In this document: in pieces, positions 61,883 through 64,000 of the stretch
Layout of the letters: every line of letters starts with the position of its first letter
Position numbering within the stretch: the stretch's first letter is position 1
NCBI GenBank assembly: GCA_028534125.1
Contig: CM052816.1
Location: 57,228,001-57,292,000, forward strand
Length of the DNA stretch: 64,000 bases
Source of the DNA: Lama glama
Taxonomy: Eukaryota
Direction of reading: 5' to 3'
Program-made: the position numbers and the translations under genes
The notes under the pieces: model-generated
Databases searched by the model: none
Told to the model about the DNA's origin: nothing
Seen by the model: only the letters and a program-made list of their open reading frames with translations

Positions 61883-64000
61883 CTAAAAAAAATGTATGAA
61901 CAAATACTAGTTAAAAAAAAAAAGCTGGCAGAAAACAATTAGATCAGATCCCATTACATTTTTAATTGTTCTGAAATGTGTTCCAGTGTTATGATTGTGT
62001 TAAAGTATCAGCAATAATTTAAAAAAATCAAATAAGCCTAACAGTGAAAAAAAACTGACACTAGCCTATTATCATGATCATAATTTACTGAAAACCCTTT
62101 ATATATGGTACCACAGAAGTGGAGACACAGAGATCTAACATGTACTTTCTGCTTTCAAGGAGCTTACAATATGTATAGTTGAAAGAAAACAAACACGGTA
62201 AGAGGCAGTTGCTGAATCCTTGGTTGTGTTTGCGGGAAGGACAGAAGGACGAACTCAGTAAAATACTACCTGGACGGAAGCTTGGGACTCTGTCTTATTT
62301 ACCACTGTGAACTAGCAAATAACAGATTTTCCATAAATATTTCCTTAATAAATAAGTGAATTAATTACATACTAAGTGGTGATGCTAGATAATCCAGATC
62401 TCTCTAACTGTATAGCAGATCAAGGAATTTGAACTGTAGTTTGCAGGCAATGGGAAGAGTTTTTAAGTGAGGAAGTCACACATACACACCCATGCCGAGT
62501 AGTCTCACAGAAAAATTAATTCAGTACTGTTATCAACTGTAGAGGAAGACAATGATAAAATGGAAATGAGTTGGAAAACAATTAAAATAGCCCTGAAATG
62601 ACAGTTCTGCTGAGACTAGCCTTAAATGCCATAAAATATATATTCCATATGTGTAAAATATCAAAGTATTTAGTAAAGAAAGTAGCAAAAGCATGAATTA
62701 CTCTTCTACTGAAATATACCCAAAGCTAAATATTAGACTAAAAATTTATGTTCCACTAAACTGTCATTTTTGCCTTGTTTTGTAATGTATAAATTCACGC
62801 AAGTTCAGCATTTTTGTGAAATAATTTTTAATTTATTTAGGGTAACTGGTACAGCCTGCTACATCAAGAAATTTTAAAATAGAGCTCAGAGTAAACAGTG
62901 GATAATAGAGGATTTCATTACTGGTTCTTCTAAGCTGTTAAGCTTAACCATAACTATGTGCAAATTCATGATCAGAGTTCTCACTGATCATTCCATTATG
63001 AAAGAAAACCACGAATATATAAGAAAGATTTCTCTACAAGTAGGAACATCAAAAAATACTGGCTAATAAAATGTATTTCTTCTTGCCCCTAAATCGAAGA
63101 TTTACTTCTTCAGTTCCAGTTTCTATTCAAATAGAGTAGATTAACATTTAGTGATAAGCAGAATAAGTCATAAAAGTGAGTTGATAAACAAGGTCCTAAT
63201 AAATTAATTAGCAATACCTTCCTTACTGGGGCAATCTTACAACACATATCAGAAGACTTGAAAAAAAAAAAATACACTCACTATTTCCATCCAAAAAATT
63301 CTTACGGAGTCAGAAAATTGCCCAATTAACATTTTAAGGACTTCCTCTCTGTAAATCTGGAAGCTAAGAATGTATTAAATGACAGGGTGATGAGCTGCTT
63401 CTCAGAATTCTTTTAACAGCCTACATTAACAGTTTAGAAAGAGATGAGAACTGAAAGATCAGTAAAGGTAAAGAATTTTAGTAGTACATGCATCTGATAA
63501 ACAGCAAATTTTTGCTTGCTGTAAAAATTAAGAAGAATGAAAATCTCTACCTAAATTACTAACAGCTTATTAAGTATTATTAGTTTTATTACATACAAAA
63601 AAAGCTTAAGAGAATATAACCACTTGTCAAAAAAAAAAAAAGACAACTAGAAATGTGGTTAATCCAAAATGTTCCTACAGTTACACAGCACATCATTTGT
63701 ACCCAGTAACTACAGAATTTCTAATATTCAGCTTATAGGCATATTCCAGAGAATAAAACACCAATGCCAAAAAAATGTATTACTTACAAATATTTTCAAT
63801 GTAGTATCTAGAAAGACTTTTACAAATCACCTTAGCAAATACAGTATATACTCTTTTAAGATCTTTGGATGCCTTCATGTATGTGAAAATTGTAAAGGCA
63901 TCCCTTCACTCTATAAACATCAATCCCTTCACACAAAATTCTACATTTTCTTCTCACAAAACACTTTTCCAATACCAGACGTATCTTGATTGCTTCTCTT

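Noticed and set aside
63276..63345. GTGAGT donor after an ATG-led frame, as an alternative first exon for an F-BAR-less isoform
   Set aside because: The ATG frame ends in phase 0 while the next exon needs phase 1; no promoter features

Overview
Mammalian nuclear DNA, most likely camelid, judged from the vic-1-like tRNA-Ala-derived SINEs. Bases ~367-12040 are a large, old, degenerate nuclear copy of mitochondrial DNA (NUMT). On the minus strand it reads CYTB 3' end, control region, 12S, 16S, ND1, ND2, COX1, [COX2 block missing], ATP8, ATP6 and the COX3 5' end. It is interrupted by a nested L1-in-L1 insertion and by an inverted copy of its own left junction. Bases ~14.5-62 kb hold the last 18 exons of FCHO2 on the minus strand. 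All splice phases close, and they include three microexons and a U12 AT-AC intron. The introns carry L1, L2, MER, SINE, a tailless 5S retrocopy and an unidentified mRNA retrocopy. The most interesting signal is a set of extra exon-like segments in the FCHO2 introns: in-frame 36, 57 and 60 nt cassettes, plus decayed 83 nt and ~650 nt exons. They sit where the neuronal paralog SGIP1 has extra exons, and all but the 36-nt one resemble them in sequence. SGIP1, FCHO2, mtDNA and repeat comparisons are from memory and need alignment checks; exon numbers assume a 26-exon gene.
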